From assembly GCF_006345805.1 (NCBI RefSeq), contig NC_043005.1, positions 102,362,001 through 102,426,000 on the forward strand: a DNA stretch of 64,000 bases, read 5' to 3'. This DNA comes from Octopus sinensis (lineage: Eukaryota). A program made the translations under genes and the position numbers. Positions within the stretch are counted from its first letter, which is position 1, and each line of letters starts with the position of its first letter. This document shows positions 1 through 13,896 of the stretch, one piece after another. The notes under the pieces were generated by a model that worked only from the letters and a program-made list of their open reading frames with translations, made no database searches and was not told where the DNA came from.

Positions 1-199
1 ACGTTCCTTGAATACTCAACATTAAATAATATTTATTTACCTGAACCCCACACCCTTATGAAAAATAGGGGATTAAAGGCTTTCTCCACCGTTCTCGAGA
101 TTTGCCTTTCTTTGCATTGTCATCGATGCTACTCTAAATTTGATTGTTTTCTAGGTAGGAATCTTGGCCTAACGTAAACACATGTTTAACTCTGAGAAG

Positions 200-470
200 A
201 GTTACAACAAGTAAGCAATCCATCGATGCATGCTGCATTGCTTTGTCTCTCAATGCTTCGTCTCTGGAGCCCAGTAGAAGGTGGATGCATTTGATACCAT
301 TCCATATCAATTCGAAGCAATGTCAGGAGTGAAAATAGATCTGAAATGTTCAGTGAGTTTCAGTTTGGCAAGTTTATATCACTGGATACCAAGTAACACT
401 AAAGAATTAACGAATTCAATAAGCTACTTAAACGTATCCCCGGCCCAAATTTTCTCCCGTTGAGATTGCC
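200..470 (+). mobile_element. Decayed Tx1/L1-clade LINE fragment (RT domain 6-7 region)
   Basis: Translation EAMSGVKIDLKCSV...KLLKRIPGP resembles the Tx1-type EAVTGAKINxxKS...KLLGVWFGP segment. 312-387 is homologous to the reverse complement of 1032-1120. Confidence 0.45.
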
Positions 471-479
471 GACTCGTTC

Positions 480-2640
480 TCCTGCACGAACAAAGATCCC
501 TTTAGAGCATCTTATCTTTTATTCGCTACAATACGTTTATATATTCATGGGATTCCACATATCAGGTGCCCCAACTTAGTAATTTCTTAACACAAGACTG
601 CTCTCTGTCAAAGAGACGAGCTGTAGAACTACATATGAAGAGAAACCTTACTTATTGTTTAGAAATGCCTGTAGGTGGTAGAGCATTAGACTATTTCAGT
701 AAAGCAATCCCCAGATCATGTCAAGACCCCTTTAAGCGTTAGTAACGAATGACCTGCCTAAGCAGGGAAACATGTTCCTAGCAGAGGAAATGGAGTCGCA
801 GATGCTCCAATTAAGTCAGGCAAAACTGATTCTAGGTTGGACGGTCAACAGATAAATTATGAAGAATATGATTTAGGCATTCTCTACTTCGGCTCAACCG
901 TTCATGTATATTTTTCTCCAGGGCATTTCTGGGTGAGGCTAGCCAATCTATTCGTAATCACAAACCGATTCCTGATCACCTGGATATCCCCCCAAAACCT
1001 TATCCGTCCGTCTGACAGAACCTCACTGCACTATCCAATGATATAAACTGGCCCCTCAAGGTGCCGAACTGAAACTCACCGGAAATTTCAGATTTATTTT
1101 CATTCCTGGCATTGCTTCGATACACATGCTACTTCTGTGGTGTCCGACATTATTACAAAGACGACATCTTCATACGTCATGAAGCCCAGCTCAAACTGTT
1201 AATTCTCGATAGTCCTGTCTATTTCTTTATTACCCACAAGGGGCTAAACACAGAGGGGACAAACAAGGAGAGACACGCGGATTAAGTCGATTACATCGAC
1301 CCCAGTGCGTAACTGGTACTTATTTAATCGACCCCGAAAGGATGAAAGGCAAAGTCGACCTCGGCGGAATATGAACTCAGAACGTAGCGGCAGACGAAAT
1401 ACCTATTTCTTTATTACCCACAAGGGGCTAGACATAGAGGGGACAAACAAGGACAGACAAACGGATTAAGTCAATTATATCGACCCCAATGCGTAACTGG
1501 TACTTATTTAATCGACACCGAAAGGATGAAAGGCAAAGTCGACCTCGACGGAATATGAACTCAGAACGTAGCGGCAGACGAAATACCTATTTCTTTACTA
1601 CCCACAAGGGGCTAGACATAGAGGGGACAAACAAGGACAGACAAACGGATTAAGTCGATTATATCGACTCCGGTTCGTAACTGGTACTTAATTTATCGAC
1701 CCCTAGAGGATAAAAGGCAAAGTCGACCTCGGCGGAATTTGAACTCAGAAAGTAGAGACAGACGAAATACCTATTTCTTTACTACTCACAAGGGGCTAAA
1801 CATAGAGGGGAAAAACAATGACAGACAAAGGGATTAAGTCGATTATATCGACCCCAATGCGTAACTAGTACTTAATTTATCGACTCCGAAAGGATGAAAA
1901 GTAAAGTCGACCTCGGCGGAATTTGAACTCAGAATGTAACGGCAGACGAAATACGGCTTCGCATTTCGCCCGGCGTGCTAACGTTTCTGCCATCGTAGTC
2001 CTGCCTTCGTAGGAACGGGTCGATGAACAGCATCTATAAAAGAAGCGAGACAGGACGCCATTCGCGGGTTGTAGACGAGATATGGGAGTGTTCTGGGAGG
2101 TGGCCATTCACTTCGACCATTGTACATTGCTGGATTCAGTTCATTAAAACGGGTACAAATGCAACAATTTTAGGACTGATTCCAATTTGTACTGAACGAC
2201 GCAATAGAAAGCGATCAGGATCACTACAAAGGCACGTGTGTTTGCCCGTCCACCATTTATGATGAAAAGTGTTTGAGGTTGGTAAGAAGGGCCCGGTTGG
2301 ATAGGTTTACTCTCAGTGTATGGTTGCTGGCTGGAGAATACAAATAGGAGAGGTCACTTTCATGATGCTAATGTTTAATATATAGTGTTCAATGCTTGGC
2401 GCTAAATCTTTGCCTGGCGATTGGATTTTCTGAGTTTATAATTTTATATGATTTCTAGTTTTCAGCAAGTTTTCTTGGGGGCAGAATCTCATTCTCCAAT
2501 CTCGTTCCCAAGGAGAACTTGAAGAATTTGTGGTCATGGCTGAAGGGGATTACACCTGCTCCCATTCCTTTCTATCCCCTCAACCATACACATTTTGCCA
2601 TAACCATCCGACAGAGATTCGAATACTCTTTTCGGCTAAA
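480..2640 (-). mobile_element. Decayed Tx1/L1-clade LINE ORF2 fragment interrupted by a SINE array
   Basis: Minus-strand translations in the expected order: VEVNGHL (~2100), TYEDVVFVIMSD (degenerate YADD, ~1170), EAMPGMKINLK, TNRLASLTQK...NG*AEVENA*I...YLLTVQP. Many stops and frameshifts. Confidence 0.55.
1219..1991 (-). mobile_element. SINE family A tandem array: one head plus four 184-bp body units
   Basis: Units start at 1219, 1403, 1587 and 1771; head at 1955-1991; flanking TAGTCCTG duplication at 1210-1217 and 1996-2003. B-box-like GAGTTCAAATTCC and a central GCCTTTCATCCTTTCGGGGTCGAT segment recalling the Deu/Nin SINE domain. Confidence 0.9.
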
Positions 2641-2684
2641 TGAAGGCATCGGAACGATACACAGATAAACAGATAAAGAATCGT

Positions 2685-3500
2685 CGACATCCGTCCGTCT
2701 CGGGCGACGATAGTGTAGCTCGGAAAAGGTGGTGGGTGTATCTGCACTTCCTGGTGTGGCTGCGCAGACCAATCATCGAGTGTCAGTCTCTACCACATCT
2801 GGTGCAAGTGAAAAGGGATGAGAGCTGTGGTTGCTGCTGCTCATTTCGCCTGGTTCTCTTTAGTTTGGCAGTAGTGGTCCTCAGGTTCTCTGCTGTCTAA
2901 GTAGAGACTTCAAGCGTAAAGTCTTGAAAGCCACAGTCGAACCAATTCTACTATATGGCTCAGAAACCTGGACGTTATCAAAGAAGCTTGAGAGGCGGTT
3001 GGATGGAACTTACACTCGCCTCAAAATCTCTCGCGGAAGCGTCATCCTACCAAAGTACAAATATATGGGAAACTACCACGTGTATCATCTCTTGTGAAAG
3101 GTAGGAGAGTCCAGTTTGCTGAACATTGTTGTAGAGCTGAAAACGAGGCAATTTCTACTCTTCTCCTCTAGAAGCCGTCTACTTGCGATACCAGAGGGCG
3201 CACACTCTCCTACCTTGATGTAATCTCCTGGGATAGAGGCATCCAGCAACAGGACCTCCGTAATGCTATGATGGGCCGTGAAATCTGGCGTAGCACAGTA
3301 AATTCCACTGTCTCAACCACGGTCGAACAATGATGATGATGATCTCTGCTGTCACGGCACGTGCTTGACACTGTGTCGCCAGGCGCCTCTGTCGGCAGCG
3401 GCGGATTCCCATGTTAGGGTGTTGATCTGGCATAGCTGTATGTCCTTCTTGCAGATATCCTTGAAGCGCACTTTGGGGCGTCCCCAAGAATAGAACAGTT
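2685..3500 (-). mobile_element. RTE (BovB-like) LINE 3' fragment, split by a younger RTE insertion
   Basis: Minus strand encodes GRPKVRFKDICKKDI...WESAAADRGAWRH (3500-3354). After the insertion it encodes the C-terminal zinc-finger-like FTCTRCGRD*HSMIGLRSHTRKC (~2830-2750). Confidence 0.75.
2898..3342 (+). mobile_element. 5'-truncated RTE-clade LINE (second family) with (GAT)n tail
   Basis: Encodes SRDFKRKVLKATVEPILLYGSETWTLSKKLERRLDGTYTRL. 11-bp TSD TCTCTGCTGTC at 2887-2897 and 3343-3353. Same family as 28137-28728. Confidence 0.85.
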
Positions 3501-5966
3501 GTAATAAAATGCAACACAATGTCTATTATGTCAGAGATTCAACTTGTAGGACATAGGGATAAAACTGAAAATAGCTATGTATTTCTGTGCTATGTATCTA
3601 GGGAAAATTAATCTGATAAAACCAATCATACTTTGAGTTTTCCAGTAATCATTCCCAGGGGTATTACTCCCCTACCCCAGACAATATCTGAATTCAGTGA
3701 GGCAAATGACGAAAACCGTTGTTAATTATTCAGTACCTCCACTGAATACAGATACAGAAATTAGGACCCAATATAGCTACATCATATTTCCTCATTCTAT
3801 ATCAAATTTCGTTCTTTATTTTTATTTCATTCCAGAAATAGAGCGTCTTTATGATTTTTAAGAATATTAAGAAGCGCATTTATTGCGTGTATGCTAATGA
3901 AAACTCCAAGGAAATGTCTGATGCCATTAAGCAAGCAATATAATGGCAATTATTTATAAGGAACTTCAAGTAATTCGCCTATCGACTGGATATTAGTTGA
4001 ATTGAATCAGAAGGCGATAAATTTAATTTCTGAGGAATACAGAAATCTTTTTCGTATCTAAATTTAATATTCGGCTATAACTACATGTTGGCCGTAATAG
4101 CTGATAGTTTCAGCAAATGGAATGGTGGAAATGAATATAATATAATAATGAAAGATACAGAATCAGACCAGATCTAGAAAAGTATAGTGATAATAGTGGT
4201 GGTGGTGGTGGTGGTGGTGGTGATGACGGTGGTGGTGGAGTTGGTGTTGGTAGAGTAGTGGTAGTGGTAGTGGTGGTATGGTAATGGTGGTAGTAAAAGA
4301 CTGCTACAAGAACGAAGAAATGTGATTTCATTTGGGAATCTTAATATTAAAACTTCTGTGTATTATTTATGTTGGTAAGAGATTTACTAATATATTTAAT
4401 GCTTCTTTCCATTTAAGATAGCAGAATTCAAAAATGATGTCGATGATTACTGCGAGGATGGTGTTAATGATAATAGTAGTAACACTATAACAATAAAGAA
4501 ACAATAAAAAATGCCGAATACAAAAAAAAAATAATGAACTATTATATGAGCAAGTAGAACAAGAGTAATCAAAACTCCTGTTTTGGTCGGAGGTTCCTTA
4601 CACATACTTACAAAACATTTACTCCAAAATGGTTACAAACAAGCATGAGTTGTATACATATACGAGAAATTCGAGAGAGCGGGAAAGTAATGCACCAGGA
4701 AAAACAAATTAGAAATTTATAATATGAAAACAAAGGCAACGCTGTATGTAGCATATCGAATCACCTCTTCAAACCTCGGCCATATTCAGTTCCGCGTTCT
4801 TTCACCGCAATACTATAAACTTTATACAGAACTGAACAAGTGACCCCATAGTATGTACCTGTTGCGCCACTTTCACTTGATTTCATAAATTATGTTTGTT
4901 AAGGAAAGGAAATTACACCCATCATCATCTCCTTCAGAGTGAAACTTGAAGAATTTAATGAAGATTTTGTTGTAGATATAGAATCTTGTGACTTCTACAT
5001 CTAATCTTTTAAACATCACGATAAAAACATTTCTACTATAGCAATAAGTTATTGTAGACTATACGTAACTATAACTATTGAGAAAATGTGGCAACAGTCG
5101 GCAATCATCGGACACTGAATGAAGGCTCCCCGTGCATCTCGGTTAAACCCAATTGAAGTCAGTTGGCGTCTTAAAATCTTTTACCCAAATAGTAGCGCTC
5201 CCTACATTAGTAGATGGATGGAGCAAGATTTAGTTGTTGTTTGTTATCACTGGAAAATGCACTTTAAAATCTTAGAATTTATTTAATGACCATCGATTAC
5301 TAAAACGCATTCACCAATGTCCTCTAACATACTTTTGAATATTGTTTTGTGTGAATGTTCCACTGATTACTAGAAGACCAGTGCCTCACAACATTTTATC
5401 TAAGCAAAGAATATCATTTACATCATTCTTATTCGACACAACTAAAGATGAAGCTTCGAGGTGTATATTTTCTTTTATCTTTTACTTGTTTAAGTCATTT
5501 GGCTACAACTATGCTGAGGCAACACCTTGAAGTGATTTAGTCGAAAGAAGCGACCCCAGGACTTATGTTTCTTTAAGCCAAGTTCTTATTCTAACGAATT
5601 TTGACGAAACGACCTGCGCAAATCATTTGTTTACAGTAATCAAATGTTCGAGCCGCACATTAGCTCACCCTGCCCGTCAAATAGACGTTGTACAAAAAGG
5701 TAAATGGTGTACCACGCGTCAAGTGTCGAAGTGATCGCAGAGTAACGTGAGATGAAGTGTTTTGCTCAAGAACATAACGCACCACCATGTCTAGGAATTG
5801 AAATCCCGATCACGATCGCCCTAACCACTAAGCCATGCTTCCTTATATGTATACACCCGCACGCACACAGTCATATATAGAAATACATACATATATACAT
5901 GCATACATTTATACATACATACATACAAACAGATATACATACATACATACATACATGCATACATAC

Positions 5967-6012
<46 letters not shown>

Positions 6013-6745
6013 TAATATATATATTATATATATATATATATAGTGGGTTTTTAACTTAGCTTGCAAGGTAAAAAAGGGGTTGGGAACATTTTTACTTTGT
6101 GTATACATTTAGTATGAGTCTCAAATGCCTATTTAAAGTCAATGCCGCTTAAGATGCATTCGTGTCGATGTTTAAAACTAAAAAAAAATGTATTCTGCCA
6201 CATCAGCGAATGTTTTATTCACTGTTTGTTCTATGTCGAAGCAGGGATTTCTCTCAGGCATTTAACAAATGTATAAACATTTTTAAAAAGCTCTGATGTC
6301 CTTCATGTGACTGTGAATATAAAGACTGTGTCCCCTAAATCAGACGGAACCTAATTAACCTAGCTTCGGCCTCCTTGCCCATCAGCAATTTGTAATTACT
6401 AACTGTACCTCTGTGTAAAATTGCAGACATTCCAGCAGGTGGTGACTTTTACAAGAATATCAGCCTATGCTACTCTTCCCATCTGTGACACAATATGTTT
6501 ACGACCGTTAAACTAATGGTCAGTGACAAGCTAGAAATCACACCCAAAACCCATCCAACTTACACTCAGATGCAGTGCATATGGATCATGTTACTTATAA
6601 TGAGATTAATCGCAGGAGTGGATGCATGCTAAGAAGCACCACTGCACAACATCTTGGGCAAGTGTCTTCAGCTATAGCCTTGGGCCGACCAAAACCTTGT
6701 GAGTGTATTTTGCTGGCATAGGCTCAATGAAGTCCATTATATATA

Positions 6746-6797
<52 letters not shown>

Positions 6798-7046
6798 ACA
6801 AACACACACACATATATATATAGTGATTTCTCTACTACTATAATCATTTCTTAAATATAACCGCGAAACACGTGTCGTTATTCTACCTATTATATACGTA
6901 TTTATTATTATTTTTTTGCAATTTACTTAATCATTGACATTTTATTGTCATTTTAATTTTAATATTTCTATTATATGTAATTTTCCAGATGGTGTAATTT
7001 TATTGTTCATTTTGAATTGATAAAAGTTGGTTTTGTTTTCTAATTT

Positions 7047-7124
<78 letters not shown>

Positions 7125-7149
7125 GTATATGAATGTATATATGTATATG

Positions 7150-7370
7150 TGCCTGTGTGTATATATGTGTGTCTTTTTGTGTCACTGTTTGTTCCCTACC
7201 ACCGCTTGACAACCTACGTTGGTGTGCTTATGTTCCCTTAACTTAGCAGTTTGGCAAAAAGCAGCCGATAAAATAAATACTTAGAATTGATTCTTTCAAC
7301 TCCGAACTCTTCAAAGCGGTGCCCCAGCATGGCCGCAGTCTAATTATTGAAACAAGAAACGGATAAAAGT
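7150..7370 (+). mobile_element. SINE family B, 3' half
   Basis: CGCTTGACAACC...GGTGCCCCAGCATGGCCGCAGTC...GAAACAAG matches the full copies at 45464 and 57206. Confidence 0.7.
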
Positions 7371-7700
7371 TAATGATAAAATATATTCTGTGTACTTGTA
7401 ACTGTGGCCTACTACCACGTGGCTGTAATCACGTCACGCGTTGAACAAACCGATATATAACGTGACACCGCTCGATAATTCTCGATAATTCTCTAATAAA
7501 ACACCCAAAGAATAGAATTTTGATAAAACCAACGATATGCGTTACATTTTTAACTCCAATAAAGAAATGCAAATTTTCTCGAATATACCTACGCAATTTC
7601 CTATATATCTTACCACCTGTAATGGGCGGGTGTGTGGTCGTATGTGTGCGTATATATATATATATATATATTATTATTATTCTTATTCTTTCTTTGTCTC

Positions 7701-7731
<31 letters not shown>

Positions 7732-8360
7732 TGTATATATGTACCTGTCAACCCTTTAAGGGTGCTAATGCATCTGTGTATACTTATCCTTATGTTTGTC
7801 TGTGTGAACAATGAGTGGATTTGGTAATGCTATTGACGTAACAAAGTCTCGCATGTTATCAACATGCTGGATATGAGGATATAACACCATTATCAAGAAG
7901 CACCAATTATTGCATATTTCATAGCGATCGTGTGAAATATTGGAAAGAGACTTAAGTAAACTTGTAATGAGAGAGTTCAGAAATATATGCCATTTCGCAA
8001 ATTAAACTGACATTTGTATGCGTGGGAAATGAGCTTATATGTATATAATTGTATGCACGTACACATACATGCATATATCCATACAAGCATACATAAATAC
8101 ACACATACATATATATGTATATATACATACAGGGGGTTGTAGTGAGAAAGAGAAAGAAAGAAAGAAAGAATGGAGAGACAGAAAGAAGGAGGAAGGGAAA
8201 GAGAGGAGAAGAGAGTCATACACATATGTTTTGTATGGATGGTGGATAAAAGGTTTGGAAGTTCGTTTACGAAGTTCGTTGAATATGCATTGAGTAAGAT
8301 ACTTTTTTCCCCGTTGCTTCAGTTCACTCAGCTGTAGAACTTAGTTGAGACTTCACTGAT

Positions 8361-8660
8361 TTGTTCCTTCTCGAGCCACGCCTGGCTCATTAGGGCCTGT
8401 TTCCCGGTTTCCTTGGCGTATAGGTTCCCCACGTTGACGGGACGCCGGTCCGTCGCAAGTGAGCTGCAAGATGCTTGAGGAAAGTGAGAGAAAATTGGGG
8501 AGAAAGTGTCAGTAGAAGTTCGCCATTACCTTCTGCCTGAGCCGCGTGGATCTTAGGTGTTTCGCTCATAAACACACACATCGCCCGGTCTGAGATTCGA
8601 ACCTGCGATCCCTCGAGCGCGAGTCTGCTGCTCTAACCACTAGGCCATGTGCCTCCAATT
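8361..8660 (-). mobile_element. tRNA-derived SINE (family C)
   Basis: Reverse complement begins GGAGGCACATGGCCTAGTGGTTAGAGC...GGTTCGAATCTC (A and B boxes). 11-bp TSD ACTTCACTGAT at 8350-8360 and 8661-8671. Confidence 0.85.
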
Positions 8661-9176
8661 ACTTCACTGATGCCATGGTATGTCAGCCTTTGCTTTTCCT
8701 TTGGATATCATCAGTGGTATGGAGAGTGGGGCTAGTGTGTATGGGCCACTGATGGTCTTCCATGAACAGTCTTGCTCTGACTTGTGCCTCGGAGGGGAAT
8801 TTTCTAGGTGCAATTCATTTACAATTATATATATGTGTGTGTGTGTGGTGTGTGTGTGTGTGTGTATGTGTGTGTGTGTGTGTATGTATGAATATTTGCG
8901 CATGTATATGTTTGTGCTTTAATGTGTGCATATATATGTTTGTGGTGTCTGTCACTGTAACTTAGCGTCTTGAAACCAAACAGAAAAACTGAAAGAATAA
9001 TTGCTGGGTTCGATTCGATCGGCTAAACCCTGTAAGAGTATTTCTTTGCATGACCACGTCAGTTGACTTAATGTAGAAGTATGAAAGAGTAGCTCATACA
9101 CGCTATGAAGAACATGCGTCGTATGCTTTTATGACATGTATTACAAATTGGATATTTCATCATGATTTCATATACC

Positions 9177-9408
9177 TATTTCTTTATTACCCACAAGGGG
9201 CTAAACATAGAGGTGACAAACAAGGACAGACAAATAGATTAAGTCGATTACATCGACCCCAGTGTGTAACTGGTACTTAATTTATCGATCCTGAAAGGAT
9301 GAAAGGCAAAGTCGACCTCGGCGTAATTTGAACTCAGAATGTAACGGCAGACGAAATACCGCTAAGCGTTTCGCCGGGGTGCTAACGATTCTGCCAGCTC
9401 GCCGCCTT
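9177..9408 (-). mobile_element. SINE family A monomer
   Basis: Full head plus body; 15-bp TSD ATGAT(T/A)TCATATACC at 9162-9176 and 9409-9423. Confidence 0.9.
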
Positions 9409-10439
9409 ATGATATCATATACCGTTTCCCCGAAGTTGACATCCTGATCTTAGAAGAAACAATTGACGATTCTGGTGATAATCAAGGTTTGAACAACATT
9501 TGCTCCTTAGAATCACTTCCAAAATGCATTCACACTGGCGAGAGAGATTACTGAGTATCATAATTCGAAAACAGAAATAAGACAAATAAGGGTAGTTTCG
9601 AACACTTGCTATTGTATAACCATTTAGAACTAGTTGTAACTTTATGGAATATATTGCTATTTATTAATGTTCATAACATGGATCGTGCATTAAAGGCAAG
9701 CTGTCGACGAGAGGCAAAATGTAACAGGTTTATATTTTGAAGATATGATTTATGATGTAAGTGTTACAAGGCCAACACCTTCATCAACATTGTTATTAGT
9801 GCAGTCGTCAAACGATTTGCTGAAAGCCTGCTTAATTAAGAAACTGTATTCAATAGATGTGGATTATATAGGAATACTTATTTCATTGACTGGGGAGAAA
9901 TTTCCGGATGTGTCAATCAGCATTTCCGACTCAGGTAGGAAATTGTATCTACTTCACGTATTCTTTATTTATTTCTAAAGGCGAAAATGTAGAGCGTTGG
10001 CAGAAGGCTTTCAATAATCGAACTTGTTTGAATATTAAAGATATAATATCTGAATTAACGCTGAGCAGAGCTTTTACCCAGAGCAAAATGCAACCTGGAA
10101 AAACGTCATCTTGATGTGAACTTCATGAAAATGTCTGCATCTAGATTGTGTTAAAGTAATTTGGTTAGATTATTATTTAAATGTAATCAAATTTGTTGAA
10201 AAACATGGTTTTTCTATTCTGCGTGACGCCGGTTATATGGTGTTTCGTTAACATACATTCTAAGTTTAATTTATAACGAATAGCTTAAGGCATTTATCAG
10301 TAATATTATTGCACATCGCTATTACAGCAGAAAGTTCTACAGAGACATTCAAAAGTGTACTGCTTCCCGAAATAATGATGTTTATCTGAACCATTGCAAA
10401 TGAGAATTAGCTCACCTTTACATTTTGATCACATTATAT

Positions 10440-10856
10440 GTATTTCTTTACTACCCACAAGGGGCTAAACATAGAGGGGACAAACAAGGACAGACAAACG
10501 GATTAAGTCAATTATATCGACCCCAGTGCGAAACTGGTACTTTATTTATCGACCCCGAAAGGATGAAAGGCAATATCGACCTCAGTGGAATTTGAACTCA
10601 GAACGTAACGACAGACGAAATACCTATTTTTTTACTACCCACAAGGGGCTAAGCATAGAGGGGACAAACAAGGACGGACAAACGGATTAAGTCAATTATA
10701 TCGACTTCAGTGCGAAACTGGTACTTTATTTATCGACCGCGAAAGGATGAAAGGCAAAGTCGACTTCGGCGGAATTTGAACTCAGAACGTAACGACAGAC
10801 GAAATAACGCTAAGCATTTCGCCCGGCGTGCTAACGTTTCAGCCAGCTCGCCGCCC
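10440..10856 (-). mobile_element. SINE family A dimer (head plus two bodies)
   Basis: Internal junction at ~10623/10624; 17-bp TSD TTTTGAT(C/G)ACATTATAT at 10423-10439 and 10857-10873. Confidence 0.9.
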
Positions 10857-11169
10857 TTTTGATGACATTATATAGTTGCCGAGATTTAAACTCCTTTCGC
10901 TGTGAAGAAACTGGTTGAATGAGTCAGGGAACAAAGTAGCAGTAATGCTTCAATTTTATGATGTTTAAACTTTGTTCACTGGTTTATTGTACTAACTATT
11001 TATTTCTAGTACACTAAACTTTACTGGGCTTATGCAGCTAACTGTAAGCCAGTATCTCTTGAGAGATACCATTAAATTTTTTATAAAGCTGATGAAAACT
11101 ATTAATGCGCGTTTATATTAGCTTTTGAAATATATGTGGATACTCATATATATATATAATTTAAATTTC

Positions 11170-11360
11170 AAACGCTCTCTTTGGTTATTAGCCCTTCAAA
11201 AAATACTTCAAGACTGTCCATATCTATCAAAGCGCCAATATCCACAAATAATAATTTTTGCTGACAAGTGACTCTCAAAAATATAACACAAAATATATTG
11301 AAATGGCTATCTTGAGATCCCGTGAGCTCACAGGTATGGAGTATGTGATTAAAGGTCAAA
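11170..11360 (-). mobile_element. Probable PIF/Harbinger transposase remnant
   Basis: NHILHTCELTGSQDSHFNIFCVIFLRVTCQQKLLFVDIGA aligns by eye to the Harbinger motif KHIxIxCPxxSGSxYFNYKxFFSIVLLAVxDAxYKFLYVDVGA. No TIRs found. Confidence 0.5.
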
Positions 11361-11824
11361 GTTCAATTATCAAATATATCTAATTTCGTTTTCAGAATGT
11401 TTGAGAAAGACATTAATGATACATAGTCGCATTTTTTCTGTTATATTTAACATTTTGATTGAAATTGTTTCCCTATCGTTTACAGTTCTAACCCTATCCA
11501 ATACATTTCGAAAAATAAATCACAAAATCTTCCCGTTTTTAGTTCTAGGTTAATCCATTGCATGATTCATTGTTACAACAATCGACAAGTGAAGCTCAAT
11601 ACTTTTTATCAATCGTTATTAAGGAAAATAAAATGAATTGTTTTTCTAGGAATGGTCATGTTGCCAGTTTAGCCAATAAATAATTTTTCGTTTTCTTTCT
11701 ATTTTCGAGATATAAGGTGTTTTGTAAGATATTGGGAGTTGAAATGCACAGCTCAACATTGACGGAAATATCATACATTCTCCATAAAGAGAGAATGAAA
11801 TGCAAAACAAATACCATTCCACGA

Positions 11825-11864
<40 letters not shown>

Positions 11865-11894
11865 ATATCAGTCGCCATGATAGATCGTTAGCCA

Positions 11895-12054
11895 CTACAC
11901 ACATTTTTTTCTCTCCTTGTTTTTTCTGTGTCCCTTTCTGTAGAAGAGCGTAGGCTCGAAACAAAAGACTTTTTCTATTCCTGAGCGTTATACTAATACA
12001 TCTGTTTGTTTTGTACACCACTTGTCTTCGTCTTTTGTTTTTTTCGTAAACTCT

Positions 12055-12060
<6 letters not shown>
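11895..12060 (+). mobile_element. Penelope-like terminal fragment with degenerate hammerhead-like motif
   Basis: CTGTAGAA-GAGC-GTAG-GCTC-GAAAC at 11938-11962 forms a stem II hairpin followed by GAAAC, but the GUH triplet is missing. Abuts (TA)n. Confidence 0.45.
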
Positions 12061-12088
<28 letters not shown>

Positions 12089-12442
12089 ATATGTATTACA
12101 TTCTGATTTAACATTGGTTTCAAAATGTAGTACAAGGCCAGCAATTTCGGCGGGGGCGGGGAGAGGAAATCGATTATATCGACTCCAGTACTCAACTGAT
12201 ACTTATTTTATCGACCTCCGCGGAATTTGAACTCAGAACGTAAAATCGGATGAAATAGCAAGCATTTTTGCTAGATGCGGTTAACGATTCGACCAGCTCA
12301 ATGCATTACATCCTGGTTTAATATTTTCAGTATACAAAATACATTCATCTACTGACCACATATATAAAATAAATTTTGAGTTTGTTTATATTCATTAACT
12401 TCTGTTGCATGGTGTGTGTTATTTCGGCATCTATTTCGTCTG

Positions 12443-12665
12443 CTGGCAGAAACGTTAGCACGCCGGGAAAAATGCTCAGTCGTATTTCGTCTGGCGCTAC
12501 GTTCTGAGTTCAAATTCCGCCGAGGTCGACTTTTGCCTTTCATCCTTTCGGGGTCGATTAAATAAGTACCAGTTACGTACTGGGGTAGATATAATCGACT
12601 TGATCCGTTTGTCCGTCATTGTTTGTCCTCTCTGTGCTTGGCCTCTTGTGGGTATTAAAGAAATA
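12443..12665 (+). mobile_element. SINE family A monomer
   Basis: 17-bp TSD GG(C/T)ATCTATTTCGTCTG at 12426-12442 and 12666-12682. Confidence 0.85.
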
Positions 12666-13113
12666 GGTATCTATTTCGTCTGTACTATTTTAACCATACA
12701 CACTAAAACATTCACTTACAATGAATTACCATGATGACCAACCGATTAATTTAATTCTAACTCACTTTTCTTGATTAACTGACACTATCTGAAACAGTTT
12801 ACAATGTAGTCGGAATGAAAAATTGGGTGTGACCAGATTTTGTAATTATTGGTCTCAAATTTTGGTACAAGCCCAGCAATTTCACGCACGGTGATAACTC
12901 GGTGACATCGTCTCCATTCTTCACCTGGTAGTTATTCGTTAGATCTGAGAGAATGAAAGGTAAAATTCGAGCTCGGTGATATTTGAACGCAAGACGTAAA
13001 GACAGACAAAATGCAGATAAATATTTCGCCCGGCGTGCCAAAGATCACGCCTGCACGCCGTCTTACATTTAATAATTATAGATAACTGAATTCCAGTTGA
13101 AGTTGCATGTAGT

Positions 13114-13896
13114 GGTGCAGGAGTGACTGTGTGGTAAATAGCTTGCTTACTAACCACATGGTTCTCGGTTCAGTCCCACTGCGTGGCAACTTGGGAAGGT
13201 GTCTTCTACTATAGCCTCGGGCCAACCAAAGCCTTGTGAGTGGATTTGGTAGACGGAAACTCGAAGAAGCCTGTCGTATATATGTATATCTTTATATATA
13301 AAAGTGAGGTTGTGTGCTGTCTGTCTTCTACGATTTAGATTCCTAACTACTCCCACATTTTGCGGTGCAGTTTAACCAAAACCGGGTATCTTATAGTCGT
13401 GATTCATATTGAGCCCTTCTAGGTATTAGCGCGCGACTACGATGAGTCTACGATTAAAAAAAAAATTTACCATCAATTTTTCCCATTTTTAATGCATTTT
13501 TGGCATATATAAGGGAAGTAACTCTCTAAAAATTTATTATTAAATCTCAGAACGTAAAAAGCTACAGTAAACCCCCCCACCTTCGCGGTTAGACATATTG
13601 AGATGGCTATTTTACTTTACATCTCTAAAAATGCTTATATATTTATTTCCCTTACAAACCCGAGCAACGCCGGGCGATATTGCTCGTATATATATATAAA
13701 TGTGTGTTTTTGTGTCTGTGTTTGACAACCGATACTGGTGTGTTTACGTCGTCGTAACCTAGCGGTTCGGTAAAAGAGACCCAAAGAATAAGTACTAGGC
13801 TTACAAAGAATAAGTCCTGGGGTCATTTTGCTCGACTAAAGGCGGTGCTCAAGCATGGCCACAGTCAAATGACTGAAATAAGTAAAAGAGTAAAAG
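13114..13896 (+). mobile_element. SINE family B carrying a Helitron in its internal (TA)n tract
   Basis: Head GGAGTGACTGTGTGGTAA...GGTTCAGTCCCACTGCGTGG and tail CAGTCAAATGACTGAAATAAGTAAAAGAG; interrupted at 13289-13686. Confidence 0.85.
13289..13686 (+). mobile_element. Non-autonomous Helitron (~398 bp)
   Basis: 5' TC after A; 3' hairpin CCCGAGCAACGCCGGG then CTCG (CTAG in the second copy) before T; no TSD. Homologous to the reverse complement of 15838-16229. Confidence 0.8.

Noticed and set aside
312-1120. ~80-bp imperfect inverted repeats (312-387 and 1032-1120) suggesting a MITE
   Set aside because: Both arms translate to the same Tx1 RT segment (EAMxGxKIxLK), so they are two opposite-strand LINE fragments rather than TIRs; no TSD.
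1219-1954. Regular 184-bp repeats resembling a CRISPR or satellite array
   Set aside because: No unique spacers, eukaryotic context, and the units are bodies of a dispersed SINE with TSDs.
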